Shown here: piece by piece, positions 13,157 to 25,700 of the stretch
Layout: each line of letters opens with the position of its first letter
Position numbering within the stretch: position 1 is the first letter of the stretch
Assembly: GCA_030704615.1 (NCBI GenBank)
Contig: CM060733.1
Location: forward strand, 76,446,001 to 76,510,000
From: Takakia lepidozioides
Lineage: Eukaryota; Plantae; Bryophyta
DNA length: 64,000 bases
Direction of reading: 5' to 3'
Translations under genes and position numbers: made by a program
The notes under the pieces: model-generated
Told to the model about the DNA's origin: nothing
Seen by the model: only the letters and a program-made list of their open reading frames with translations
Database searches by the model: none

Positions 13157-13640
13157 GCTTGGCAGCTTACCTGCACGAGGCCTTCACCCTTAGACAATCT
13201 TGCGAGCAATAGTTTTATGTTTGGCTCTGGTTTTGTTTCCTCTCTCATGTTTTTTTCCCATTTTGTCCCATAAGCTCTATGAGCTTTCCGCAGATGTTAT
13301 AAAGTACCATTTCATCTCATTCTTGCCCCATAAGCTCTTTCAGCGGACATATAAAGTTTCATTCTTTTCATTTCTCTTGCTTTTGGGCTGCTTGTGGGTT
13401 TAGCTGTTTTTTGGCTCTGGTTTTGTTTCCTCTCTCATGTTTTTTCCATTTTGTCCCATAAGCTCTTTTGAGCTTTCCGTGGACGTTATAAAGTACCATT
13501 TCGTTTCATTTCTCTCATACTTGTTTCTTTCTCTCACTAAATCTTCCATTATGAGGATCAGAAATGCTTGGCAGTTTTTCTGCACAAAGCTTTGACCCTA
13601 GACAATCCCTTGAGCAGTAGTTGCTTTTGGGCTGCTTATG
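13157..13640 (+). repeat. Cluster of short 5'-truncated LINE-A 3' ends with stem-loop tail units
   Basis: GGCAGCTTACCTGCACGAGGCCTTCACCCTTAGACAATC and GTCCCATAAGCTC(N3-4)GAGCTTTCCGYGGACGTTATAAAG units match the LINE-A end at 23300-23620. Confidence 0.8.
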
Positions 13641-13724
13641 GCTTCTCTCTGTGTCTACAATGGCTCGGGAGCTCCAAGCTCACAAGGCAGAGGCCTCCTC
13701 CTGGGCTAATATAGTTAAGGGGAG

Positions 13725-14113
13725 TGTTAGAAGTCAGCTCAGATTTAGTTAGCTAGGGTTCTGTTAGGGTTTTTTGACGGCTAGGGATAGTTCTACCAGA
13801 AGGTTCCAGCCACCAGAAGTTTCTAGAGAACTCATGTAGGATTTAAGAGAAAGGCTGAGGCAATGCCCAGCACTTCTTCTAGCATTTTGGATGTGCTATC
13901 CTAGTAGATTGCAGAGAGAGGAGGAGGAGAAGTCCAGCATCTACTTTTGTAAGTTCTTTCTTTTGCAGTAAGGAGCATTCTTGTTAGGACTGACACTTCT
14001 TGTTAGTACTAACTCTTTGGTTGGTTTAGGCTGTCAGTTTTTGTACTGCTGCTTGTGCTAGAAGCTATCTGTCAATATCACTAGGAGGTAGAGGACAGGT
14101 CTAGTTTCCAACA
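13725..14113 (+). repeat. Copia 5' LTR (389 bp)
   Basis: Direct repeat of 18106-18494; followed by the PBS. Confidence 0.95.
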
Positions 14114-17100
14114 GGTTATGGGCCAACAAGACGTTACAACTACTTGGACAGTTGAGCCACTGGATGGCAACAACTATAAGAGTTGGATCTACACGATGCA
14201 GCTCCTGCTCTCTTCAAAGAGCCTATGGTCAGTAGTGGCTAAAAAGCCTTCAAAGGATAACCTGAAGGAGAAGAGATGGATCCAAAAGAATGAGTTTGCA
14301 ATGGCAACTCTGGTCACAAACATGAGATCAAAGCTGGTAGTTGTGGTAAGGAATCTTACAACTACTCATGAGGTCTGGCAGACCTTAAGTGAGGTGTATG
14401 AGGCAGATGCGATGGGGAAAGCATATGTCCTATGGAAACAGCTCATGGACTTGAGAATGAGAGAAGGTGAGAGTGTAGCCATTCACATTGCCACTGTTAA
14501 AGCCATGTGTCTGGAGATAATTGATGCGGGAGAAACCCATGACTGAATCACTTCAGATCATGACCTTGTTTGGCACCTTGCCAAAGAGTTATGACATGGT
14601 GGAAACCGCATTGGCTACTCATGGTAAGAGTAGACTGAGTTGGAAGTATGTCACTTCACAACTCATCATGGAAGAAAGCAAGGTGACTAGGGGTAGCTCA
14701 AGTATGGACAATGCCCTGACGGCTACTTCCATCAAGAAAGATGGAGCATGTTTCCGATGCGGCAAATTTGGGCATTTCCAGAAGGACTGCAAGGTGAAGA
14801 TTGACAAGCCCAAGAAGGACAAGTGGAGACCAAGGAAAGGGAAGTCTGTACATGCACATGTTGCTGATATGGGCAACGACAGTGAAGTTCACCTGTTTAT
14901 GGCAGATGCAGCTTACAGTCGTGATGAAGACTACCTGCTGACTACTGAATGAGAACACTGTGGAGATGAGTGGTATTTGGACTCTGGAGCTACTAACCAC
15001 ATGTGTGGGAGGAAGGAGTTGTTTCACAACTTGAAACCCATTCAGCCTAGGAGCGTAAAGATGGCAACAAGACGTTTTCTGTAAGTACGATGATGGGAGA
15101 AATCCCTATCAACTTTATCAGAAAAGAGAGTAAGGTTACCCGTTGTACCCTTCAAAAAGTCCTATATGTGCTAGACTTGGCAAAGAATCTGATCTCTGTT
15201 AGTACCTTGGATGAGCTTGGGTATGATGTCATTTTCAGAAACAATGCTTGCAACATCTAGAAGGGCAACGAGGAACTCTGCTATGGAGTGAAGGAGCAGA
15301 GACTCTACAAGCTTTTGAGTACATCTGGAACTCAGGAGGAGGCCAATGTTGGGGACACAATGGACACTGCACCATTGTGGCATAGAAGGTTGGGTCACTT
15401 GGGGACACAAGCGATCAAGGATCTTCAAAAGTTGGCGTTGGGACTGAATGTGGACTGGTCACATGAGCTACAGTTCTGTGAATGATGTGCTAAAGGGAAA
15501 CAGCACAAGTCATCAATGCCCAAGGAATCTGCCACAAGAGCCAAGGAGAGGCTGGAGTTGATACACACAGATGTGTGTGGCCCCATGAACAACATCACTG
15601 GGAGGATCTAGGTACTTTGTCACCTTCACTGATGACATGAGTAGAAAGAACTTTCTTATCCCTTGAGAGAGAAAGGTCAAGTGCTGCAGGTCTTTAAGCA
15701 ATTTGTGCATGAAGTAGAAAACCAGCTGGACCTCAAAGTCAAGGTTCTGAGGAGCGATGGTGGGGGGGAATTCCTAAATCAGGAATTCAAAACTATCTTG
15801 CTGAGAAAGGCATAAAGAGCCAAGTAACAGTGAGGGACAGTCCAGCCCAGAATGGAGTGGCAGAGAAATTAAACAGAACACTGGTTGAGAAGGCTAGATG
15901 TATGCTACAGACCTCACGCCTTGGACCAGAGTTTTGGGGAGAGGCGATCAGTACTGCCACCTATCTGAAAAATTTGAGTCCCACGCGAGCTTTGAAAGAC
16001 ATGACTCCAGAGGAGGCGTGGAGTGGGAAGAAGCCAAACCTGAAGCATCTAAGAGTTTTTGGTTGTGCTGCTTATGCATTGATACCTGACGAGCAAAGAA
16101 GCAAGTTGGATGCCAAGTCAGAAAGATGTATCTTCATTGGGTATGATCTAGGTTGCAAGGGGTACAAGGTCTAGAACCAAGAGGTCAATCAGGAGTAGAG
16201 ATGTCATGTTTGATGAGGATAATTTTGGGAAAGAGACAAAGCCCAAGGACCTGTCCGTTCCTGTGATAATCCCTGATGTGGGAGAAAAAAAAAAAAACAA
16301 CCAGTACTAAAGGTTTACACTCGAAGGGAGAAGGTGGCGAAGAAACCAGAAGAGGATGAAGATTCTGAAGATCGGGATCCTATTGACAAGGATATAGAAG
16401 GTCAGGAAGGATCAGTAACCCCCCAGAAAGGTTTGGAGCTAATGTGGCAGAAGGACTGACTGGTCTGACTATGGATGACATAGGGCAGATGGAAAGTTGT
16501 TTCCATGCCCTTGATGATCCAGAGGAGCCAGCCACCCTCAATGACGCTTTGGCAAGGGATGATGCCAATGAGTGGGAGGGAGCTGTACTAGAGGAGATGA
16601 AATCTCTAAAAGAAAACCAGACTTGGGAGCTGGTAACACTGCCTGGTGGTATAAAGGCGGTAGATTGCAAGTGGGTTTTCAAAGTGAAAAGAGGACCCAA
16701 CAATGAGATAGTGAAGTACAAGGCCAGATTTGTGGCCAAAGGTTTCACACAGACTGCAGGGCTTGACTACAATGAAACTTTTGCCCCGGTGGCAAAGTTC
16801 ACCTCCATCCGATGTTTACTGGCATTGGCAGCGAAGCATGACTGGGAGATAGAACACATGGACGTGAAGACTGCATTCTTGAATGGGGATCTCCAGGAGG
16901 AGATCTACATGAAACAACCAGAAGGCTTCCAAGAAGGTGATAAGGTGTGTCGGCTCAAGAAATCGTTATATGGACTCAAACAGGCATCGAGGACATGGTA
17001 TAAGAAGATCAATAACTACTTGACAGGCCAAGGTTTTGTAAGGAGTACAGCTGATCAGAGCATTTACTACATGACATCAGGTGTCATGATAATAGCACTC

Positions 17101-18105
17101 TATGTGGATGACCTGCTACTGATCAGCGACAACAAGGATGCCATGCGCAGGCAGAAGCATGATTTGAGTGAAACCTTTGAGATGGTTGATCTTGGAGCCG
17201 TGAACTACCTACTTGGAATTCAGATTCTGAGGGACAGGAAGGCGAGAACTATAAAGTTGAGCCAAGAGAGGTATGTCAGGAATGTTGTTGCGAAGTTTGG
17301 TATGCAAGACTGCAAACCAGCACCAATACCATTGGAAACCGGCTGCAAGCTGAGTAAGGAAATGGAGCCAAAATCTCCAAGTGAGATTGAGGAAATGGCT
17401 AAGGTTCCATATCAGCAAGCCATGGGATCTCTGATGTATGCAATGATTGGCACCAGGCCAGACATTGCCTATGCAGTGGGAATGCTTAGTAAATTCATGC
17501 ACAACCCAGGACCTCAGCATTGGAAAGCACTCAAGAGGGTGATTAGATATTTGAAAGGGATTGCGGATATATGTCTAACTTACAACAAGCAAGACACTAG
17601 AGCATCACTAGAAGGATACAGTGATGCAGATTGGGCAGGAGACACAGATGAGAGGAGATCCATATCTGCCTACTGCTTTGTAATGAGTGGAAGTGCTATG
17701 AGCTGGAGCAGCAAAAGACAGCAAACCACAGCTCTATCCTCGACTGAGTCAGAGTATATGGCTCTGAGTCAGAGTATATGGCTCTGACTCATGCAGCTAA
17801 AGAAGCCATTTGGATTCGAAGGCTTCTTGGTGAACTTGGCTTCAGTCAAGAACAGCCAACGAAAGTGCATGCTGATAACAGGAGCAGCATTGAGCTGAGC
17901 AAGAATCTTGTTCATCACGCCCGGACCAAGCACATAGATATCAAACATCATTTCATTAGAGAAATGATTGGTTTGGAGATTGAGTTGGTTTACTGTAGGA
18001 CTGAGGACATGGCAGCTGATGCACTCACAAAGGCTCTATCCAAAGAAAATCATTCTAGATGCATGGAATTGATTGGGTTAAGCCTCAATCCTCGCTGAGT
18101 GGGAG

Positions 18106-18494
18106 TGTTAGAAGTCAGCTCAGATTTAGTTAGCTAGGGTTCTGTTAGGGTTTTTTGACGGCTAGGGATAGTTCTACCAGAAGGTTCCAGCCACCAGAAG
18201 TTTCTAGAGAACTCATGTAGGATTTAAGAGAAAGGCTGAGGCAATGCCCAGCACTTCTTCTAGCATTTTGGATGTGCTATCCTAGTAGATTGCAGAGAGA
18301 GGAGGAGGAGAAGTCCAGCATCTACTTTTGTAAGTTCTTTCTTTTGCAGTAAGGAGCATTCTTGTTAGGACTGACACTTCTTGTTAGTACTAACTCTTTG
18401 GTTGGTTTAGGCTGTCAGTTTTTGTACTGCTGCTTGTGCTAGAAGCTATCTGTCAATATCACTAGGAGATAGAGGACAGGTCGAGTTTCCAACG
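18106..18494 (+). repeat. Copia 3' LTR (389 bp)
   Basis: Direct repeat of 13725-14113; preceded by the PPT and followed by TSD GGGAG. Confidence 0.95.
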
Positions 18495-21400
18495 GGGAGC
18501 ACATCCAACAACAGTCCTCACTCTCTGGAGGAGACAGTCTCGGCTACCTTGCGAGAGGAACAGCAACGAGCTTTCAAAGCCCTTAACATCATGGTCACTG
18601 GGAAGCTAGGGGGCCTTGCTGAGGGGGACCCTCTTGATGCTGCCACCAGCCTTATCCAGCAAAACCTTGCTCTCCCACGGGGCGCGAGTGGCATTGAAAG
18701 GGCTTGGCGTGCAGGATCTTCAGAGCACAAAGTCCTCTTCATTAGATTCAAGGACAAGGGTGCTCGGGATAGAGTCCTCAGGCAGAGGCCTCAATTGAGA
18801 GGTCAGGGTATGTACCTCAACGATGACTTGATCCATTTGCAATACAACGCCATGCGGGTGCAACTCTTGCAGGTTAAGCAAGCTCGAGCTCAAGGGCACT
18901 ATGTCGTGTACTGAGATGGGAGGGTAATTGTCCGGGAGCACGAACGTCGCCCCTCTAGCTCTAAATAGGGGTTGGGGCACCATGAGACCAACGCACGCTC
19001 ACATCTACACATTGGCTCATGGAACTGTAATGGCTCGTTGTGGAGCCACCCTCAAGGGCTTCTAGATATTCTTTCCAAGTGTGATGTTCTTTTTCTTTTG
19101 GAAACTCATGCATATGAAGGAAAGGACCCCCCTTTTATTCTCGGGTATAGCTTTCAGTCAGTGATTCGTCCACGTACAGGTCTCAAAGGATCTGGAGGTG
19201 TGGCTTGTTACTTTGCTGACTGGCTTCTCCCACTTATCTCCTTCCCATACAAAGACCCACTGGCAAGGTACATTTGGTGTCACATCAAAGGCTACAACAT
19301 CCTGCTGGCGGGATGTTATTTTGCTCTGGCCGCATCTCCGCACAGCGGCCTACATATTCGAACAGATTCACCATATGTTCCATTGGAAGACGATATGGCC
19401 CGTCTCCGTACCCCACAAACGGATATTTTCTTGGTTGGAGATTTCAACGCCCGTACAAGATCACTACAGGCCCCCACCTTCGACCACACAGATCCTCTAC
19501 ACATCCAATGCTCGCATACGGAATTGGAGAGGCAAAGTGCAGATTTCTCTTGCGAAATCACAAGTTACGGTCTCCATCTACTCAAGTTTTGTGAAACTCA
19601 GGGGCTGTCCATTTACAATGGAACAACCAACTTCAAATCCTCCAGCCAGTTCACTTGCCACACGTACGGCCAAAGCGTGGTTGACTATCTCTGGGGAGCC
19701 CCAACAAGCCTGATAGAATAAGCTCCTTTTACATCACGAGGTACCCGGATTCTGATCACTCTTGCCTTTCCTTTGCATTTCCTTCCATCTCCCTCCCCAT
19801 GAGGATCCCCTCTGCGTCTCTTCCCTTACACCTACGTATCCACTTTAATACCCCTTTCTCTCACTTACACGACGCCGAGTATGAAACATACCTAGCGTCA
19901 ACCCTCCCTTCCATTCTACATCTATCATCTCCTAACGACAAGGCTACACATCTTACTCAAGCCCTTTGGGACTCAGCCCTGCGATCCTTTCCCGTCACCC
20001 TTCCATCTACCTCCTCACCCTTCTCCACTCGTCGTTACGCACCATTTTATGATGAGGAATGCAAGACTGCTAGACGTCGCATCAAATTTTTATTACTTGA
20101 TACCAATTCTTCTCCAGAGTCCACTAATCTTGCTCTTAAGCACTATAAGTCCCTCATTAGATCCAAAAAGCAAGCCTACACCATCAAGTTGCAATCTTCT
20201 TTCCTTGCTAAAATCAGATTTTATCCTCAATCTTTTTGGTCCCTCCTTAAACCTCATAGAGATCCCCCCCCAATCACTGACATTCATGTCTGGCATGAAT
20301 ATGCACAGTCTTTGTACCATTCCCCAACCCAAACTCCTTCTCCTATAACCTCTAAACCCCTTCACTTCTCTCTCTTTACTACAGCCAATGTCAGTAAGGC
20401 AATCAAGAAGCTGCAAAATGGCAGAGCGGTGGACATTTCAGGACTTCAGAGTGAATTCATCAAGCATGTTGCACCTACTTTAGCCCCTTTTATAGCTAAC
20501 CTCTTCAATGAGGTGGTGCAACGGGGCTTTCCAACAGAGTGGACAAAGAGCATCATCCACCCACTTTTTAAGAGCGGTGACAGGCTCGCACCGACAAACT
20601 ATCGTACTATCATGGTGTCCTCATTACTTGCTAAACTGTTTGGGGCAGTAGTGGCCATGGAATTGGATGATTGGGCTGAGTACTCTCGCATTTGTGCTGA
20701 GGGACAGGCTGGTTTCCGTCGAAACCGATCTACTATTGACCACATCTTCACTCTTCAAGTTATGGTGGAAAGTGCACGTTATGACAAAAGAATGGTCTAT
20801 GTTTGCTTCGTGGACTTTCACAAAGCCTTTGATTCAGTTCCTCGGGACCTTCTCTTCCAACGGCTCCATAGAGTGGAAGTCCCTCCAGACATCCTTTGTG
20901 CCATCTCTTCTATGTATGAGATTGTCACTGGCATGGTCAACGTCGCTGGTGAATTCTCAGCCGAGATCCACAGCAACATTGGAGTCAAACAGGGCTGCCC
21001 CCTTTCACCTACCCTGTTCGGGATCTACATTGACGCCTTGGAGAATTACATATCAAAAAACCATGGGGTTGGGGTCCCATTGGATGGGGGACCAACCCAA
21101 TCAGAATCCTCTATGCTGATGATGTTGCCCTTTTGGCACAATCCCCGGTCTTTCTGCAATGCCATCTCAAAATTTTGGAACAGTTCTGCAAAGACTATGG
21201 GATGCAGGTCAATCTTAGCAAGACCAAGATCATGGTCTTCAATGGCCAGGCTGATCGTAGATTCATCTTCAACCAGCAGGAAATTGAGATTGTGAAATTA
21301 TACCGGTACCTAGGTCTGGTTATCCACTCCCCCAAGTTTCACTTTGCAGCCACTGCCTTGGACAGGTTGACTAAAGGTAAGGCGGCCTCCGTCCGCCTTC

Positions 21401-22229
21401 AGGCCAAATGCAAGCAAATACATCTGCGGCATCCCCCGACCAAAAAGTGGCTGTTTGACACCGTCGTCAGCCCTGCTACCATCTATGGTTGTGAGTTCTG
21501 GGCACCTGGTGTCCCTGTCTCCTGGTGGGAAAAGAATTTGGAACCATTACAGTCATCTTTTCTCCAAGCAATGCTTGGCGCCAGGAGCACAATTCCATCT
21601 CAGATCCTAGGTGCAGAGTTCGCATGTGTACCATTGCAATCCGAGGCCCTCTTCAGGCTTACAATCTTTCTCCATAGATTGCAGGCCCTTCCACCCAAAG
21701 GGCTAGTGGCAAGGGCCCTCACAACATCTATGAGGCTCAAAGCTGCAGTTTTCAGGAACTCCTGGTATGCTCGAGTTGACAGTTTATTTCAACGTAACGG
21801 ACTTTCTACTGCTTTCCTATTACCAGTGAACCAAGATGAGGTGGACATCACATCCAGACATGACCGCAACAGACTCATTCGGAGAGAGCTTATGGAATTA
21901 CATGTCAAGAGAACTTGGATGCTACCCAATCTCACGGCAAAGCTCCACTTCTATCGAGAGACATTCCTGGTGCTCCGCGATGATAGAATCTTGAGACCAA
22001 ATTACCTTTCAGCACCCTTATCTCCTTCCCTCTTGAGGGCATTGGGGTGGTTCAGGGTGGGTTCCCACAACCTACGGATAGAGACTGGCAGACACAAATA
22101 CTGAAGCACAGATATTCCAAAGCAGAATGACGGTCTGTGCTGTATGTAGGTAGCTTGTATAATGCAAGACATAACAAATGGCTTGCTTCTCCAACAATCC
22201 AAATCAATTAGAGTTACTAGGTATCACAC

Positions 22230-22762
22230 CACTGGGACATCGCACAGTGTACTCGTCCACATCAACTGCAGGCAGTGCAACTCGTACCTGTTCATCACCC
22301 ACAATGAACATACTTTTGACAATTGTCACTTGCATATAACCCATTGCCAACCCCTTGTTTCTCCCCCCTATTAGCTTATGTGTGTGTGTCCTCATTCCTA
22401 CACCAAAATGAAGAGACTCACCTGAGCCAGAGGTGAGATGCGAGGACTCACACCACCTTCACGCTCCACCTGTGCCACTGTGCATGCTATTCTCAGTTCC
22501 CTGAAAACCCCCCAGAAAAAAAGACAGAAGCAGTCTCAATAAGGGCAACATAGAAGACTAGTCTCATATCCAAATACATCTACCAGATGAGCGCAAGATT
22601 TTCCCTCTACAACACAAATTGAACACTCTTGCATGAGTGTGCACACCCTTTTCAAATTGCGGTGCAACTGGCAGTGGAAAAAATCAAGAGAAAAGGTCCA
22701 ACCTCACAGTTTCGCCTCCAAACATGGCTGCTAGAAACTGTCCATCAGGCTTCAGTGCCGTC
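22230..22762 (-). pseudogene. NDUFAF5: Intron-containing fragment of the mitochondrial complex I assembly methyltransferase/hydroxylase NDUFAF5 (At1g22800-like), within a ~1-kb insert (~22093-23113)
   Basis: Exons 22762-22703, 22500-22422 and 22287-22230 splice in phase to [61 protein letters not shown]. This matches the recalled plant NDUFAF5 sequence [65 protein letters not shown], with [10 protein letters not shown] deleted. Confidence 0.88.
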
Positions 22763-25700
22763 CTGCACTAGATAGAACTTATGACCAGGGTTAATTCTTT
22801 TCTGCATTTGTACCATGAAGAGGGAAAAACAATACAAGTACATGTAATATCCCCTGAAAGTATTTGCAACACTTCCTCAATGTGTGCAACACTTCCTAAT
22901 TTGTTTTGACAACGATGATTATACATGTCCAGAGCGAAGCTCATGTCGTGCGCATACGTATCGCTACACAACTACATCGCTGTCCAAACCACACCACACA
23001 TATATGCACAATAAAGTAGTCTGCCACAATCGCCCCCCTAGCTGGTGGATAGGTCCATCTAACTCCAGATAGCTACAAGATGTAATAGCCACAGCCGTAC
23101 TAAGTCCTCTATCATGGGAAAACCTGCAACGGGAGGACCGCCTATGTCCAGCTTGCATAGGGCGCAGCAAGGAAATTGAAACTGAAGAACACTTCTTCTT
23201 CTACTGCCCTCTATACTACGAGATCCGTGGGAGATTTCACTGTTTATTCAGTGGAACCCAAACTCTCACTGATGTCTTTCACTATGAGGATCAAAAATGC
23301 GTGGCAGCTTACTTACACGAGGCCTTCACCCTTAGACAATCGTTAGAACATTAATTGTGGTTTCTGGATTTGTTCCTCTCTCATGTTTTCTTCCATTTTG
23401 TCCCATAAGCTCTACGAGCTTTCCGCGGACGTTATAAAGCACCATTTCATTTCATTTCATTTCTGTGTCTTTTATTCTTTCTTGTTTCTTGCTTTCATTT
23501 TGTTCCATAAGCTCTTTGAGTTTTCTGGGGATGTTATAAAGTTCCATTTCATTTCTCTTGTCCCATAAGCTCCTTGATCTTTCCGCGGACATTTTAAGTA
23601 CCACTTCATTTCATTTCTCTTTCTGTCCTTTGGAGCTGTTCCTATTACATGTCTCTTGGGCCCTTTGGGTTTCCTGCACCAGTAATTATTTCATTCTTCT
23701 TTCCTTCTCAGATCAGTGATTTCTTGCAGCTTACCTGCATCGAAGCCTCCGGCTTCTGGACTAGTGGACAACAGTCTAGCCAGTAGCTTTAGTGGCCTGG
23801 TGGAGCAGGTTGCTCTTGTTTCTTTGTTTGCCCATATGCTTTCGAAGCTTTTAGGAAGTTGCCTTCTCTAAATTAGCCAGTAGCTTTAGTGGCCTAGTGG
23901 AGCAGGTTGTTCTTTGTTTCTTTGTTTGGCCATATGCTTTCAAAGCTTTTGCGGAGTTGCCTTCTCTAGATGGCTGTCATAATTGTCCTTTTTGTACATA
24001 ATAAATTGTTGTCGCCTGCCTCTTTTAGAACCCATATATTACTTCATCACATCTGCTCTCCTCCATACCTCTTTAAATCCCACTGTTGAAGTGCAGGTGG
24101 GTGACAAGCTGGGGGTGTCACCAGATGCCTTACTTCTTACAGCAGTGCAACTGTCAGACACTTACATAGGCAACTGTGAAGATGTTGTGGACCATGAAGA
24201 GGGCTGTCTTGTGGATGGAATTCCGGCAGTCATTGGCAACTTCAACTTCACCGTGCTCCCTATCCCCGGGGTAACATTGAAGTCCCAAATATGATTCATG
24301 TTCGTCTGGCTTTGTGACCAATAGGCATGTCATGCCACGGCAGCAAGCATGTGGTCACCGTTACATGACCTTCAATTTTCTATAACATGGATGAACTTCA
24401 TAACATTTTGAGCTTGAGGCCACATAGTGCATGTTCTGAGAAGGTACAATGTTACTTATCCAGCTCATCAACACAAGCTAATGTCCTTGCATGTCTGGCA
24501 CAGGGACAACTACAAGACATGAGCATCAAGAAACATGAGATTGCCGAACAACTTTCCTCATTGGGTGATCAAGAGGAGGTTTGTCTCCCCTTTGTGGATG
24601 ATTTACACAAACACACAGTTTTGGGATAAACTGAAGTATAGGTCACTCACCACTCTAGCAATATCAAAAAGCACTTGCCATTGTGGGGGGATCATTGCCA
24701 CTGCATGTGTTACACAATCCTATGTGCTCATCTAATACTTAACTTGATGTCTAAAGTGATTTATGAACTACTGAACTCACCATCAAAGCAGAATTCCAAT
24801 GTTGTTAGCCTGATCCTGGCTTCCCTTCGCACAGGCATTCTAGAGAAAAGCAAAGCACACTGGAGTAGACTTGCAAACAGGTGTGGCAGAGAACTGATCC
24901 CACGGAAATGGTGAACCTTAGGCCTGGGACAACCTGCACTAATTTGAGAAATCGCTGTGGTGCAGGGTTTCGTGGTCAACACGTCAGTGCATGCCGAAAG
25001 AGCTTGCATCTGTGGGAATGGCATGTGTGAGCAAGGAGAGCGGTGTGATCAAATGGGGAAGAGTGCGACTAAAATGGAAAGTAGCAGTTGCTGTTTGAAA
25101 GACTGCCCGTTTGTATCGCACACTTGTCCCATCCCACCTAACGGCCCACATGCCAGCAGGTCATGTGCTGGCAATGGTTTGTGTCTAGATGCAAGTGGCC
25201 AATGCAGCTGCTTCCTAGGTGCCCAGCTTATCCTCAGTACTAGCATCTAGGATTACTATTCTTCTAAAGGCTACACTATTAATGCATTGATGGGGACAAT
25301 GGGGCGTGCATATTTCCCACACAGAAAGCATGCCCAAAGAGTGCAAGTTGATGAACAGTATGGACCGACCAAACTACCACAAGTGTCTCATCACTTCTGT
25401 TCACCATTCAAGCATGCAGAATTAGAGAGGGTCACAACTTCCTTTTAACTATTAGAAACAACAGTACTCTTCAGCTTGTACATTAGAAGAGTCAGTAACC
25501 GAAGATGGCCAGGTCTAATGAGTGCCTGAGGGAGGAAGGGAGAGGGGTATGGCTGTGTGACCGAACAGAGTGAAGGGTCCACAGGATACAGGGGCATCGA
25601 TTGTCAGCAGTGCACATTTGGGTGGAAATCCTCAACTAATGGGAGCTGCATCAAATTGGCCAATGATGTGGAGTTCGCAAAGATGGGCTTGTCAGCACTG

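Larger units (their letters stand above)
13725..18494 (+). mobile_element. Ty1/Copia LTR retrotransposon, complete structure but defective coding region
   Basis: LTRs 13725-14113 and 18106-18494 (TG...CA/CG), 5-bp TSD GGGAG, half-tRNA-Met type PBS GGTTATGGGCC, PPT GAGTGGGAG. gag CCHC, protease WYLDSGA, integrase (LWHRRLGH, NGVAE), RT (YVDD) and RNase H (YSDADW, KHID). Many stops and frameshifts. Confidence 0.95.
13640..23620 (+). mobile_element. LINE family A (ORF1 13660-13724 + 18500-18914; ORF2 APE-RT-finger ~18972-23353), interrupted by Copia and by a host-gene fragment
   Basis: ORF1 reads through the Copia TSD (SWANIVKG|STSNN..LNIMVTG..YLNDDL). ORF2 has SWNCNG, GDFNAR, VVDY, NYRTI, QAGFR, DFHKAFD, GVKQGCPLSP, and CPAC..EEHFFFYC after the insert. 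Tandem stem-loop tail at 23390-23620. Confidence 0.9.

Noticed and set aside
13455-13495. Histone-mRNA-like stem-loop AAGCTC-TTTT-GAGCTT
   Set aside because: It is part of the LINE-A tail unit. The loop varies between copies and no histone gene is adjacent.
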